From contig CM059438.1 of NCBI GenBank assembly GCA_030390025.1, forward strand, positions 65,226,001-65,290,000: DNA of 64,000 bases, in the 5' to 3' direction. The notes under the pieces were generated by a model. It had not been told where the DNA came from. It saw nothing but the letters and a program-made list of their open reading frames with translations, and ran no database searches. This DNA comes from Squalus acanthias (taxonomy: Eukaryota). The translations under genes and the position numbers were made by a program. This document shows positions 13,448-26,423 of this stretch, piece by piece (the first letter of the stretch is position 1; each line of letters opens with the position of its first letter).

Positions 13448-14855
13448 TCTATTAGCTGCTCCATGCAGGTGGCCATCCTTTCCATGGACGAGCCCATCAT
13501 CGCCATCGCCTGCAACATGGTGGTTCTCATGTTGGAGATGGACTCCTCCATTCTCTGCACATTTACAGACATCGCAGCCGCTAAACCTGTCAGAGCCTCC
13601 TGCACTTCTTGCTGCACCTCCAGGATCGCCCTCTTTCTGGATGGCCCCCGAGGCTCAGCGTCTGCTGCAGCTGAGCAGAGCTGGGAGCTGTCCTGCGCCC
13701 TCCGGCGAGGAGTCTCCACTGCTGTCCCTCTCTCCACCATCTCTCCTTGCTCACTTGTGACTTGTGAGACACCAGGTGACAACACTACTCTACCTCGCAT
13801 AGGACCCACCGAGATGTGCATATCTGCGCTGGTGCTGGGTTTGCTTAGGTCTGGTGACGGTGCACCCTCAGAGGCTGGAGGCTCCTCTGAGGAGTCGTCA
13901 TCCTCCTCCAGCTGGACAGTTGGGGGGGGGTCTCTTGATGGACTTGTGGAAGAGTAAAGAGATGATTTAAAATCTTTATATTAAGACAGGGTAATGATAC
14001 CATTATGCACATGATGAATATTCACTGGCTGCTGACATTAGTCACCATATGAGTGACTGCTCTATGCCATGTGGCTGTATGAGATGTAATTCTGTCACCA
14101 GGTTGCTGAGAGGACCCCCTTTCTCCATCTCCCACCATCAGCAGCTCTGTAACTCTTGAGACTTCCAGGGCAAAGTCCTCTGCTGCTGTCAAAGAGGCGA
14201 ATGATGGAGGGCCACCTCCGGTTCTCTCCCTTTCCCTGTTGTTGTGGGTTCTCTTCTCCTGCAAGGAGGAAAAGAAGAGAAGTTTGAGTGATAGTGATGG
14301 CAGGAGTGTAAGGAAAGTGTGGGTGACATCTTTAAAGGTGACTATGAGGGAGTGTGGTGCCAATGGCAAAGTGCCAATGCCAAATGGCCTCCCTGTGTGG
14401 TGTTAGTTGGTATGATTGCATTAGGATGAGGGTGAGTGTGAGGGGTGATTAGTCAGAGGGGGATGTGAGTATGTACATAGAGAGAGAGGGATGGGTGGCT
14501 GTGCAAGGTATGTTGGTGTGAGCAATGATGTGCAGGAGCAGGCTTGGGAAGGCAGAGTGATGGGGATGTGATTACAGGCACAGCAGGATGAAGGTGAGTG
14601 TGGCTTTGCACTCACCTTTCATGATCTAATGAGATCATTGAAACATTTCCGGCACGGCACCCAGGTCCACCTCACCACATCCCTGCTGTTCACCTCCTCA
14701 GCTATTTGGAGCCAGGCTCCTTTAGTCTCCTGGGGATGTCTCTTTCTCCCATCAGCAGGGAAGAGGACCTCCCTGCGTGCTCTGACTCCCTCCACAAGAA
14801 TATGTAGGGATTCATCTGAAAACATGGGTGCAGCTCTCTGTCTCTGTGAAGCCAT
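13448..14855 (-). pseudogene. Harbinger Myb/SANT-like DNA-binding protein gene (3 exons), decayed
   Basis: Exon 1, 14855-14616: MASQRQRAAPMFSDESL...VLFPADGRK...WLQIAEEVNS...WVPCRKCFNDL, with a GTGAG donor. Exon 2, about 14258-14098: EKRTHNNRERERTGGGPP. Exon 3 from about 13941: VETPRRRAQDS. Collinear with the copy at 22706. Confidence 0.82.
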
Positions 14856-15340
14856 GTTTTCAAATCTGGGCAATAAGCAGATCGTGCAATATCCTCCCTG
14901 CCCTCTCCTCGATGAACCTTCAAATGCGATGTGGCTGCTTTAAATATCCCCACTGGAAATGAGTCATCGATGATGTCATCAGACCCGCACCATTTAAGAG
15001 GGCCGGGTAATGCACAGGACTGCCTTAATAGGTGACATTAACTGAAAGTCACTCTGAGGAGCGGGACAATCAAAACAATGCAGTTCCGATCCGTCACATG
15101 GCCCGCTCGCACCCGACCCGACTCAATAAGGAAAATTCCAGCCAGTGTTTTACTTGTATTCATTTGCTTGAAGAACATGTAAGATATTTCAGTTGAGATC
15201 AATAGTTAATGCTGGACAAAGGGATTTGATTGAGTCATCCTGAGTGTTTGAAGGGAATGATTAACATACAAAGATAAATGAGAAAGGACAGAGTGAGGCA
15301 AAGTGCTTTGTGGAAGCATCTAGCAGCTAGCTTAGATATA

Positions 15341-15482
15341 GCGGGTAACTTTCCACTATGGTGAGGGCAGAAAATTGGCAATATTGTTTTGGCCACCTGT
15401 CATACACCCCGCCTGATTTTCCTTTCCATTGACTTCCATTACCGCCAGTTTTCCAACCACGCCAAAGTTGAAAGTTAGCCCC
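15341..15482. mobile_element. Small palindromic MITE with ATA TSD
   Basis: ata|gcgggtaactttcc ... tgaaagttagcccc|ata; central ccattgacttcc motif shared with 33472-33657. Confidence 0.6.
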
Positions 15483-15544
15483 ATAGACTCCTAGAACAGC
15501 ACAACTTGTTGCACAGGCTGAGTAATTACCTATCCCTTCGTATG

Positions 15545-17780
15545 TATGGTACATAGAATTAAATTGAAATTGCAACACAGAGGCAGTCCATTCGGCCCAA
15601 CCATTTCATGTTGGTGTTTATCTCCACACGAGCAATAGTCCTTGACCCATGTGCCCACCCTGTCTCCATAACCCTTAATCCCTCTTTCCTTCAACCACCT
15701 AACCAATTTACTCTTAAAACTTGACATGGTCTCTGCTTTAATCACTAACTCTGGTAGTGCATTCCACAACCACACAACCCTCTTGAGTAAAATAAAAGTT
15801 TCTCTGCCCCATGTCCTAAATCTCTTACATGTAATCTGATATTTATGTCTCCTAATTCTAGATTCTTAACGATAGGAAACAGTTTCTTTCTATCTACTCT
15901 GCCCCATCCCTTCATTAGCTTTTTTTATGGTCCTGTCCACTTGAAGTGCCACGTGAATGTGAACACCCAAATCCCTCCGCTTGTTCACAACATCTAGTCT
16001 TCTCCTGTTCAAATTATACTTAATACTTTTATTATTTTTAACCAAAATATATGCTCATTCTACCATCATTCAGCTTCCTGGTCCTCAGAATTATTTACTG
16101 CACTTCCTATTTTAGTATTGTTTGCAAATTTGGACACCACTCCCTCCAGCCCTGTATGCAAATCATTGATGTACAAAGTAAACAGAAATGGTTCAAATCA
16201 TAACTGTGTGGGACACTGCTACTCACATCCTACCACTCTGAGAAACTGCCCTTAACTCCTACTCTCTATTTCCTCCTTTCTAACCAGTTTTTAATCCAAT
16301 TTATTACCCTTCCCTGAATTTCATATCGCTTAACCTTTTCCGATGGTTTGTCGTGTGGTACCTTGTCAAAGGATTTCTGAAACGCCATAGCCACTGGATT
16401 TCCCCCATCCATCATATCTGTCACTTCCTCAAGGAACTCAGTCAACCATGATCTTCTTTTCTAAACTCTGTGTTGGTTGCTTCTAATTATTTTCTATTCA
16501 TCTAGATATTTAGATATAAAGTTCATCTTTAATTAAAGATTCCCAAATGTTCCCTATCACAGCTGTTAAACAACCTGAGCTATAATTCCCCATGTTAGCT
16601 CCGTCTCCCTGTTTGAACATAGATATTACATTGGCCACTCTTCAGTCTTCTAACACACATTAACTTTCAATAGAGTCTTAAATATAATAGTTAGGGTCTC
16701 CCCGATTTCCTCCCCATTCCTCTCAGGATCCATAAACAGATGCCATCAGATTCTTGCACTTTATCCTCCTTTAACTTAACAACTTCTCCAATACTCTTAT
16801 TTATTGTAATATTTCTCAACTCACTTTTAACCTCCCCAACATCCTACTCTTTCATAAACACTGATGTGGAATACTGCCAATTTCCATTTATCCTCTGCTA
16901 ACTCACTATCTTCTCCTGCCAGGGGTCCCACCTCAGGTTTAACAATTTTCTTTTTGCTGATATATTCATAGAATACTTTACTGTCTCTTTTAATATTTTT
17001 GAGATTCTCTGCTCACACTCCCTCCTTGCTTTGTTTATACCTTTCTTAACCTCTGTCCTGATTTTCTCATATCCTATCTTCCTTTCCTCATACCTATAGA
17101 CCCTCTATGGCCTCTTCTTCAGTATTGTTGCTAAACTCTTTGTTTATCCATGGCATCCTGAAACTTGAAGTAGCCTCCTTTATTAACGGCATATATTTAT
17201 TCTGCACCTTTGCACTCTCCTTTTGAAGAATATCACATTGTTGATCTGCAGTCTGTGTGCCAGTGTCTCTTTTCAACTCAGCTCAGCTAGCTCATTTTTT
17301 TCTAAAGTCTGCCTTATTCCACTCTGGTGCCCTTGTTCCTGTACCAACTTTTTCCCTTCCTTGAACCTTATTATATCCTGGTCACTACTCTCGGGGTGCT
17401 CATCCACATTTACCTCACCGACCTGATCCATTCCGTTACTCGAAACTAGATCTATCAATGTACAGAGGTACTGTTTGAGAGTTTCCCTCCCTGTTCCAAT
17501 CAATGAGTGGGTAATTCAAATCTCCAATAACAGTCGAACAATAACTCACCTCCCTGATTTATCTGCAGATTTCCTCTTTCATTTCACTCCTACAATTAAA
17601 GGGTATGTAGAACAACCTCGCAGATTTAACAATCTTCTTTTATATTTCTAATCTCCAACCATGTTGAATCCGTCTGAATTTTGTTTTGTGTTCATCAGTC
17701 CTTTCTACAGCATTTAATCCTTTCGTCACCAATATTGCCACTCCTCCTATCTACTCTGTCCCTCCGATATATATTATAAT
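15545..17780 (-). mobile_element. Old, heavily decayed CR1 LINE (APE-RT region)
   Basis: ORF 15530..15775(-) WLWNALPE...FKSKLVRWLKERGIKGYG is the CR1 C-terminus. Reverse-strand remnants of DKVPH (gtggtaccttgtcaaa) and LDLV/SDQDII motifs lie further upstream. Confidence 0.65.
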
Positions 17781-18164
17781 CTAATGGTCTGTAATTTCCT
17801 GGAAACTTGCTCTGAAACAATGGCATAAGTACAGCATAAGGCCGGTTGTTAGTGCACAAGATTGAAGAAATTCAAGAGTAAGTGACTCACCCCGGTTTTT
17901 ATGCTACGCCAGAGATTCCTCGATCTTTTGAGCCAATTCCACAAACTCTCTGTCCAGCCCCTCTGCTGCTCATTAACAGCCCCGCCCCATGCAAAGGAGC
18001 AACTCATGCAAATTTCCTGCATTTACATCATGCCAGTTTTTTTTGTTTAAATTCTGTAGACATTTTGCAGTGTTATTTTCTGAAAATAGTTGTTAATACT
18101 AGGGGCAACAAACTAACTTCACCTAGGTCAACACTTGGACTTTGATGCAAAAAATTGAATATTT

Positions 18165-18283
18165 ATAGAATCATAGAATAATACAGCACAGAAGGAGGCC
18201 ATTCGGCCCATCGTGCCTGTGCCGGCTCGCTGAAAGAGTTAACAATTAGTCCCACTCCCCTGCTCTTTCCCCATAGCCCTGAA
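18165..18283 (-). mobile_element. CR1 3' UTR fragment
   Basis: atagaatcatagaa tail and gaaggaggccattcggcccatcgtgcctgtgccggctc, the reverse complement of 49595-49712. Confidence 0.75.
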
Positions 18284-18499
18284 AATATATACATTTAAAC
18301 TTGTACTTCTTGATTGAGAAATTGAAATTATGACAGTGTTTCCATGAATGGTATTTAATTTCCAATTAGCACCATTGACACTATCACACTCCCGCACCTT
18401 GGGAATAACAAGGAGAAGATGCAGTGTAGGGTATCACCTTGTTCATAAATGTCCCAACTCAATATCATAAGCATATATTCTAATCTATCACTGTCACAC

Positions 18500-19104
18500 T
18501 GCTGAAACCCTCATCCATGCCTTTGACTTGACTATTCCAATGCACTCCTGGCTGGCCTCCCACATTTCACCCGACATAAACTTGAGGTCATCCAAAACTC
18601 GGCTGCCCGTGTCCTAATTCGCACCAAGTCCCGTTCGCCCATCACCCCTGTGCTCGCTGACCTACATTGGCTCCCGGTTAAGCAGCGCCTCAATTTCAAA
18701 ATTCTCATCCTTGTTTTCAAATCCCTCCATGGCCTCGCCCCTTCCTATCTCTGTAATCTCCTTCAGCCCCACAACCTCCACCGAGATATCTGCGCTCCTC
18801 TAATTTTGCCCTCTTGAGCATCCCTGATTATAATCGCTCAACCTTTGGTGGCCGCGCCTTTTGTTGCCTAAGCCCTAAGCTCTGGAATTCCCTCCCTAAA
18901 TCTCTCCGCCTCGCTACCTCTTTCCTCCTTTAAGACGCTCCTTAAAACCTACCTCTTTGACCAAGCTTTTGATCACCTGCCCTAATTTGTCCTTATGTGG
19001 ATCGGTGTCAAATTTTTTGTCTTAAAATACTCCTGTGCAGCGCCTTGGGACGTTTTACTACGTTAAAGGCGCTATATAAATACAAGTTGTTGTTGTTGTT
19101 GTTG
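18500..19104 (+). mobile_element. L2 LINE 3' fragment with (TTG)n tail
   Basis: Closely matches 27525-28135; ends aaatacaagttgttgttgttgttgttg. Confidence 0.9.
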
Positions 19105-19176
19105 TCACATTCAAAAAATGTCCTTCCTGATCAGCTTAGTTGGTTTGAACAAGGCTCCACTGGAAAGAAATAATTT

Positions 19177-19880
19177 GGGCCGGATTTTCTGATCGGAGGC
19201 CTCCTGCATGCGGATGCCTCCGATCGGGAAAAATCTACGCACTTACCTGCTTGCTCCGTAGGTTCCGAGACTTCCGATCCTGGGCCTCTCCTGGTCCGCG
19301 CGCACAGAAACCCTGGTGTCCCAGGGCCGCAGGCAGTTCACAAGCGTCCCTGGGATCACGTGGGCCATGGGGAACCAATCAAAGAAGGGAATCCCCCTGC
19401 ACACTTTTGACAGGTCTCTACACACAGAGCTGTCAAAAGTATGAATGGGGAACACTTAAAAAATATTAAATATATTTTTTTTTAAATCACATTTAAAATT
19501 AGTTAAAATTACATTAAATTAAATATGTTAAACAAGAATGTAATTTTTTGGAAAAAGTAATTAAAGTATTTTACAGGGCTAAAAATAAACTTACCCTTTT
19601 TAAAAGTATTTTCAAATTATAAATGGGTGAACTTTTTTTTTATTTTTTAAACTCTTATGCTGGTAAAAGCAGGCGTTACGCCTTTTACCAGGCGTAAGAT
19701 TTTTAAAGATTTTCAGCGGGCGGAGGTTGTGCAGAAAGCGGAATTCCCTGCCCGCGGAGGCCCTTCTCCCGGGCAGGCGGAGGATCTGTCAAGAGAATTC
19801 TTGACAGATCGGAAGTGCCAGGTTTTATTGCATGCGCTACACACCTCGTGCACACCCGTGGGGGTCAGAATATTCGGCCC
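19177..19880. mobile_element. Harbinger-type MITE, 'splice-signal' family (divergent copy)
   Basis: TIRs gggccggattttct / agaatattcggccc; shared gggatcacgtgggccatgg..ccaat block, hairpin, AT-rich core and aaacttacc motif. Confidence 0.75.
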
Positions 19881-19926
19881 ATTATTTGAGTGAATTTTTC
19901 GATTTTGATATTTTTCTGGGCTCTCT

Positions 19927-20819
19927 GGGGGAAAAATTCAGTTGGTTGCGCCTCCCGTTAGCGCCTTAAGAGGGCGCTAATGGGGCGCAAAGCAGCTAGC
20001 GCCCGGGCGCGGCAAAGTTTGCACCGCTCGAGAAATTAACTAGACATTTTGCGGCGGCGCTAAACACTACCGCCACGATCTCCTGCGCCGGCAGATCATG
20101 ACGTCACTCGAGTGTGCAACACCCCGGTATCGCCCCGGAGCGGATATTGAGTGGTGCCCCCTGCCTTACCGCCTGACGCTAGCAACGACAGGTTGAGGGG
20201 AGCGTTCTGCAGTCATGAAGGGAAAGGGGGAGCGCTATTTAAAGGTGACCGCTTCCTGCCTTTTATTGTTGGTGCCATTTTTGAACTACGCATTCTGAGA
20301 GAGAGAGGGAGAGACTTCTGGAGAGATTCAACGTTGTGTGAAGGAGTTTTGGGTACTGAGCAGCACTTTGCAGGTTCATTTTGATTTTCCATTCCTTGTA
20401 TTGATTTAGCAGAGACTGTGGGGGCTGCACTCTGAGCTCTTTGCCTGGTACTCTCCATTGTTCTTTCCAGCACATTTGATGTGCAAGTCTCTCCAGGCCG
20501 AGATTCAAGGCTGCAATGAGTAGGATGTGGATGGAAAGCAAGATTAACCATCCCCTTTAAGAACTGGCCCGTGCCATTGTGTGTGTGTTCCATTGCTGAC
20601 TGACATTACATGAGCTTCGCCAGCGCTCTGAGTTAGCGCCTCACTCCTCGCCCTTTGCGCCTTAAGACAGGTGTGCAGCGCCTGATTTAGCGCTCCAATC
20701 ACCTCCAGGGGCGTTAAAAGTGAAGTTTCCAGTCAGTGGCGATAATTAGCGCCAGGCGCTAATTTTTGCGCCCAGACGATATTTGCGCCCCAAACGGGGC
20801 GCGACTGAATTTTTCCCCC
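19927..20819. mobile_element. Harbinger-type MITE with perfect 16-bp TIR and TCT TSD
   Basis: tct|GGGGGAAAAATTCAGT ... ACTGAATTTTTCCCCC|tct; no coding capacity. Confidence 0.88.
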
Positions 20820-22705
20820 TCTGAGTTTTATCGCAATGCAGCGTCAATTTGTGGACATGTTTCTGCTGTGAGGCTGCACCTGCTGGGAACTGGATTGAGA
20901 CTGCCCAAGCTCATTCCACACAGCACTCAAACAGCGAGCAGAGTGATTTCCATCACATCAGCCGTGGAGGTGACCAGGACCCAGGTTGAAATTCAGCCGG
21001 GGCGAATGTGTTGGGAATCCCTCTACCCTTTTTGGTAATGTGCAAAGGGAAAGATTCATTCTGTACCGAAAATCTTGTCGACTGGATTAGCCGATGCAAA
21101 TGATAAGCACTCAATTAGAGATGGGCCTGGAGACCACATATTCAAACTATTTTTAATCTTCATGTTTTTGGAGATGAGGAGGAACCATTGGCTGAACACT
21201 CTAGTCATGTTAAAGCCTTGTGGGCTGGGAATAGCAGATTGTACATTTTTGCTTTTAGCCGAGCCCCTCGTCTCTGGAGCCTCCATTGCCAGTCCATTTC
21301 TCTCTCCTCCTTTAAAGACCTCTTTGCCTGCCCCTTTGGTTGTCCACCTAAGCATGCTGCCCTGATACAGCGTTCCTTTTGCTATTGGGTACGTTGGGAT
21401 TTTTTTTTACAGTAAAGTGTGCTATATAAATGGAAGCTGCTGTTGTACTTTGAGCTTCTCAATGAGTTGCAGCTACTCGCAGCTCCAAAATGGGCAACAC
21501 TGCAACCATGTTGATTGGGTTAACGCCTTGCTCATGAATTTTCACATGATAAAGAACTCTGTCAGATCAGTTTTCTCCTTTTTAATTTCACTCATAACAC
21601 TCATGGTAACATAGAAATGAATAAATCATGCTACGCTACCCCTGTTAGTGGGCTAAAGTTACTTTACAGACTAGCAGAATCACTGACACTAGTCGGCTTC
21701 AATCTCAAGAATGGAGTTCTCTCCTTCCTGTATTGGTTTTTCACTCCAGATTTCTGCAAATATCTAATTTATTTCTTTTTAGCTGGGCGGAAAGCCTGCC
21801 CCAAGCTCTGTGTCAGAGGTTGGCTAGTTGAACCTGCTCCTTCGAATGAGAAACTTCCACATATAACCTACATAACCTCTTCAGCTGGGATCCCGTGCAG
21901 TCCTCCATGAGGAGAGGTCATTCTAGCGTTACACCAAATTTCTTCACAGGAACGTATTAAAAAACCTCATTGTTTCAAACTGAAATAATACATTAGAAAC
22001 TCAATTTGGATCTGGTTACAGGTCAAATCTGCATTCCTGCACAACTTGTATGTTGTGCGGCTTTTAATACCTTGGATTTAACTTAATAGCGGTGTCTTAG
22101 TATAAATTAATCTGAAATTCCTCCGAGGCAGAAGAGTCAAAAGTCTCAAAACTTGGCAGTTTCATTAAGAGATTATTCTATCTTGCATTCAGTGTTGGGA
22201 ATTACTTACCCATGACTTCATGGTGTTAAGCAAAACCATGTTTAATTCAGAGATTTAAAAAAAAATCACAAATAACACCGTAAATCTGAAATAAAAACAA
22301 AAAAGCGAGGTGTGCGTAGCGATTTAATCGGAATTTGAGAGAGCCGAACATTTCAAGTGTGACCCTGCAGTGGATAGCCAGAGTCTTTTAGACAAAATTT
22401 CTAATCAGCAGTAAATCGATACATTGGGCTGGATTTTGCCATTGGGGCGGGCTAGGGGCGTGTCAGGTGGTTTTCGTGTCAGGAACCCGACTCCGATGTG
22501 AAGTGGGAAAAAAGTGCGATTTTCCCCTAATTGGGCACTTGATTTCCAGTGTGTGGGAACCCCTGGCCCAATGAGTCTTTCCATCCTGAAAGTCGCCTCC
22601 GATGACGTCATCAGTGCTGCTGGATTTAAGGTCTGCAAGCAGCCTTGCTTCTTCTGGAGACTGCAAACTGTATGCCCATTGTTGTGATCGCTTCATTCAG
22701 CAAAT

Positions 22706-24670
22706 ATGTCCAGCAGTAGGCCAAAGTGTGCTCCATGGTTTGATGACGCCGCTCTGCAAGCTCTGGTGGAGGGAGCAAGATCAAATAAGGAGGTGCTCTT
22801 CCCTTCCTCAGGGAGGAAAAAGCTTCCCCAGCAGACTAAAGCTGTGTGGATGCAAGTGGCCCAGGAGGTTAACTCAATGTCTATGTGCCGCAGAACCTGG
22901 CTGCAGTGCAGGAAGAGGTTTCATGACCTTCTCTGCACAGGAAAAGTGAGTATGACTTTCCCATCACCCTCAATCTGATCCCCATCGCCTCTCCTCACCA
23001 GCACTCAGCTTTGCCAACCTCTTCCTCCACATCCCACTTGACACTAACATCCCTGCACCCTTACCCATTCCCTCTCTCTGTATGTTCACATTCACTTAAC
23101 GATTCGACTATGCAGCCCTCACACTCCCTATCGCTGTGATGCTATGACAACAACTTACAACACACAGGGAGGACCCTTGGTCTTGGCACCTCACTCCATC
23201 TTTGTCTCCTTCTAAGCATCTATGCTATGGAATCTCTGCACTCATTCCTTCATTTTCACTCAAACTCCACTTGTGTCCCTCATTGCAGGAAAAGAGAGCC
23301 CACAATAAGAGGAAGAGGGCGAGGACAGGAGGAGGGCCACCCTCAGTAGCCCAGCTCACCACTGCGGAGGAGGCGGCCCTGGAGATTGTGGGAGTGGAGG
23401 AGGATGCGCAAGTGGGGGACGGACAGACGGGTGCATCACAGCAAGCTGGTGACAGAATAGTTTTGCATCTCTCTCATTGACATTGCATGAGTAACTGATA
23501 ATGATTATGAAGGTCTAACAGATTGACTTATGATCATCTGTATAATTCAATGTGCATGCAAACTTTACCTCACAACTCCAACTCTTTCCTTTACTCCCCC
23601 ACAGGACCATCGACAGCCCCCGTCCCCACTGTCCAAGAGGAAGAGCCTGAGCTTCAAGACTCCTCAGAGGAAGCTGCAACCTTTGAAGGCTTAGCGTCAG
23701 CAGAATTCAGCGCACCCAGCACCAGCGCAGACACTCACACCTCGGTGGGAACTGCGCGAGATAGTGTAGTGTTGTCACCTGGTGTATCACAGCTCACAAG
23801 TGAGCATCAGCAGATGGTGGAGACAGGGACAGCAGTGGAGACTCCTCGTCGGAGGGCGCAGGACTCTGCCAGCTCGGCTCAGCTGCATGCCGACCATGTG
23901 CCTCCGGGTCCATCCAGAAGAAGAGCGGTGCTGGAACTCCAGGAACAGATGCAGGAGTCTCTGGCAGGTTTTGTCTCCAGGGTCGCTGCGAGTGTGGAGC
24001 GAATGGAGGAGTTCATCGCTAACATGAGCAGAGCCTTTGTGGAGGCATTGGCGCATGAATGCATCACCACGGAAAGGATGGCAACCTCCATGGAAAGTAT
24101 GGCTATCGTAGAGGAGAGGATGACTACGGCCATGGAGGAGCTTAGTTGCCAGGTTCGTGAAAACATGGTCATTGTTCAGAATAGACAGACATCTCTTGAG
24201 GAGCGATGGTCAGCTATTGAGCAGAGAAACCAGACCTTCATGGAAGTCTTCTGGAGTAGGACTTCCAGCGCAGAAACGGGTCCTCATGACCCCCTGAAGT
24301 GCAGAAAGGGGCTGTCCAGCCAATTGCTTGGTCTGAAGTGGGGCTGACCCATGAGAGGGATGTTGGTGGCAGACAACAAGGAAGTGGGGGCTCCTCTCCA
24401 AGGGCTCACACAACCATGCCACTGCAGAGCCCTCGGTCAGAGCCCCACCAGAGACCCCACCCAACTGAGATCAGCGTCTCAACCCCTGCACGACCGCAGG
24501 AGCAGCACACTGTTGCCGAGCCCTCACAGGCTCGCAACCCCAGAGGACGCCTACCAAAGGTGTCGAGGCAGGAGCAGCAAGAATGTGAGCAAGGGGCCTC
24601 CACATCTGCTGAAGCCACAGGGGAAGCACCACGTAGGAGCACACGTAAGAGGAAGATATTGCACAAGTAG
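22706..24670 (+). pseudogene. Harbinger Myb/SANT-like protein; exons 22706-22945, 23289-23448, 23605-24670 (one frameshift near 24260-24300)
   Basis: Trihelix Trp motifs (WMQVAQEVNS...RTWLQCRKRFHDL). GT-AG introns with polypyrimidine tracts splice in frame (phase 0, then phase 1). Coiled-coil-like middle and basic C-terminus RRSTRKRK. Confidence 0.85.
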
Positions 24671-24756
24671 TCACAAGGGTAGTCACTTGGGTGTCATGTT
24701 GTGTTTATTTTTGAAATGCCATCAGTTGCTTGTTGTGATAAAAAAATGCTGATGTC

Positions 24757-24956
24757 TGACGTAAGAAACCTTCTAGGCACTTGGTCTAAGCGTTAAACAA
24801 AGCTTTAATCAACTGTTTTCCAACATGGAGATCTAGTTGTGTCCTTCACTAGTTCCGGTTAAGGAATGTCCTGAGCAAGCTGGGCCCATGCCCGATTATT
24901 TATACTCTCCCTGGACAGCACCACCAGCAGGCCGCCCAGTATTACTTCATAAGTCA
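24757..24956 (-). mobile_element. Putative 200-bp solo LTR inserted in the Harbinger spacer
   Basis: TG...CA ends with short inverted termini (tgacgtaag / cataagtca, 7/9); flanks tgtc / tttc (3/4 TSD); the minus strand has TATAAATA followed by ATTAAA. Confidence 0.55.
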
Positions 24957-25163
24957 TTTCCACATGAATGACAAGATTCATGTCAATGTCAAACTGTTGA
25001 AGTTGTGGCGTGTGTCATTTCACAAATGGGACTTCCACATTGAGGGCTTAGTGTGACTTGCAATTGTCAGTATGGTGGTCATAGTGATAGGAATCCTCAG
25101 GTTCTTGGCCATTGTCGATGGTCTGGTAAGAAGCTGTGAGGCAAAAGTGCTTGATTGTCTAGG

Positions 25164-26423
25164 CTAAGCAAATCTGGACAAGATGAGTGCATCCCTTGCA
25201 TCCCGGGCAGCAATGTGCTCGCATGCTACTGCCGCTGGTTGATGTGCCTCTGCAAGCTGTTCGTTGTCGCTCTCCTCCTCCTCCTCCTCCTCATCTGAGG
25301 AGGCTATGTGATGAGTCACTTGTTGCTCAGGCATCTGCAAGCCACGATGCTGTGCCATGTTGTGAAGTGCACAGCAGACCACGACCATTCTGGAGACCCT
25401 GGCTGCTGAGTACTGCAGGGCTCCACCTGATCTATCAAGGCATCTGAAGCGCATCTTCAGCAAGCTGATGGTTTGTTCGATTATGGATCTGGTGGAAATG
25501 TGGCTGGAGTTGTAGCGTTCCTCAGCTTTGTTGGATGGGCTCCTTAACGGCGTCATTAGCCACGTCTTCAGGGGATAGCCCTTGTCTCCAAGTAGCCATC
25601 CGAAAAGTTGGTCTGGCGGACTGAAGAGCGGAGGCATACTAGACTAGCGCAGGATGAAGTAGTCATGGCAAACATCCAAAATTTCCTTCTCGTGGTCACA
25701 CATCAGCTGTACGTTGAGGGAGTGGAAGCCCTTGCGGTTGACAAAAATACCTGGGTTGTGATGGGGTGCCTTAAGAGCCACATGTGTGCAGTCAATGACG
25801 CCCTGCACCCTTGGAAAGCCTGCCAGATTCACAAACCCAACCACACGCGCGGTTACACTGGCTTGATCCTTGGAGAAGTTGATGTAATTATGAGCGATGG
25901 CAAAGAGGGCATCGGTTACCTGCGTGATGCAAGTGTGTGTGGCCGCCTGGGAGATGCCGCTGATGTCTGCTGCTGATCCCTGGAATGAGCCTGAAGCAAA
26001 AAAGTTGAGTGCGGTGGTGACTTTGACGGCCACTGGTAAGGGGTGTCCACCTGCTCCTCTGGGCTCCAGCTCTTGCTGCAGCATTGCGCAGATGTCACCC
26101 ACTACCTCTCGCGAAAGTCGGAGTCTCCTTTGGCACTGCTGCTCAGTCATGTTGAGGTAGCTCATCCTCTGTCTGTAGACCCTGTTTTGTGGGTATCTCC
26201 TGCGGTGACGTCCTTCCCTGCGCTGGTGCCTTCTGGCCTGTGCAGCTTCAGGTGGGTGAGCAGCAGCTTGGCGCTCCTGCTGCTGCTTCTGCAGTTGGTG
26301 CTGCTGTTGTTCAGGGTTCTGCTGGGGCCATGGCTGGTCTTCGTCCGAATCTGATGTCCAGGAGGAAAGGAAATAAATGGTTCCCATTCTTCTGGTATAT
26401 ACCTCAGTTGAGGAAGCGCTCAT
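25164..26423 (-). pseudogene. Harbinger (HARBI1-like) DDE transposase with a small deletion and frameshift near 25640-25670
   Basis: ORFs 25644..26423 and 25164..25637 together give [55 protein letters not shown] and an acidic tail. The ARFPGS segment present in the 12.9-kb copy is missing. Confidence 0.93.

Larger units (their letters stand above)
10695..15143. mobile_element. PIF/Harbinger DNA transposon, internally deleted, with two CR1 insertions
   Basis: Imperfect TIRs tggccaggattttcc / ggaaaattccagcc with AGT on both sides. Convergent HARBI-type transposase (+) and Myb/SANT gene (-), the same layout as 22426-26923 in the opposite orientation. Confidence 0.8.

Noticed and set aside
25164..26423. 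Host domesticated HARBI1 gene (and NAIF1/MSANTD for the Myb ORF)
   Set aside because: Bounded by TIRs, frameshifted, and present as several decayed relatives in the window, so these are transposon copies; no gene symbols assigned.
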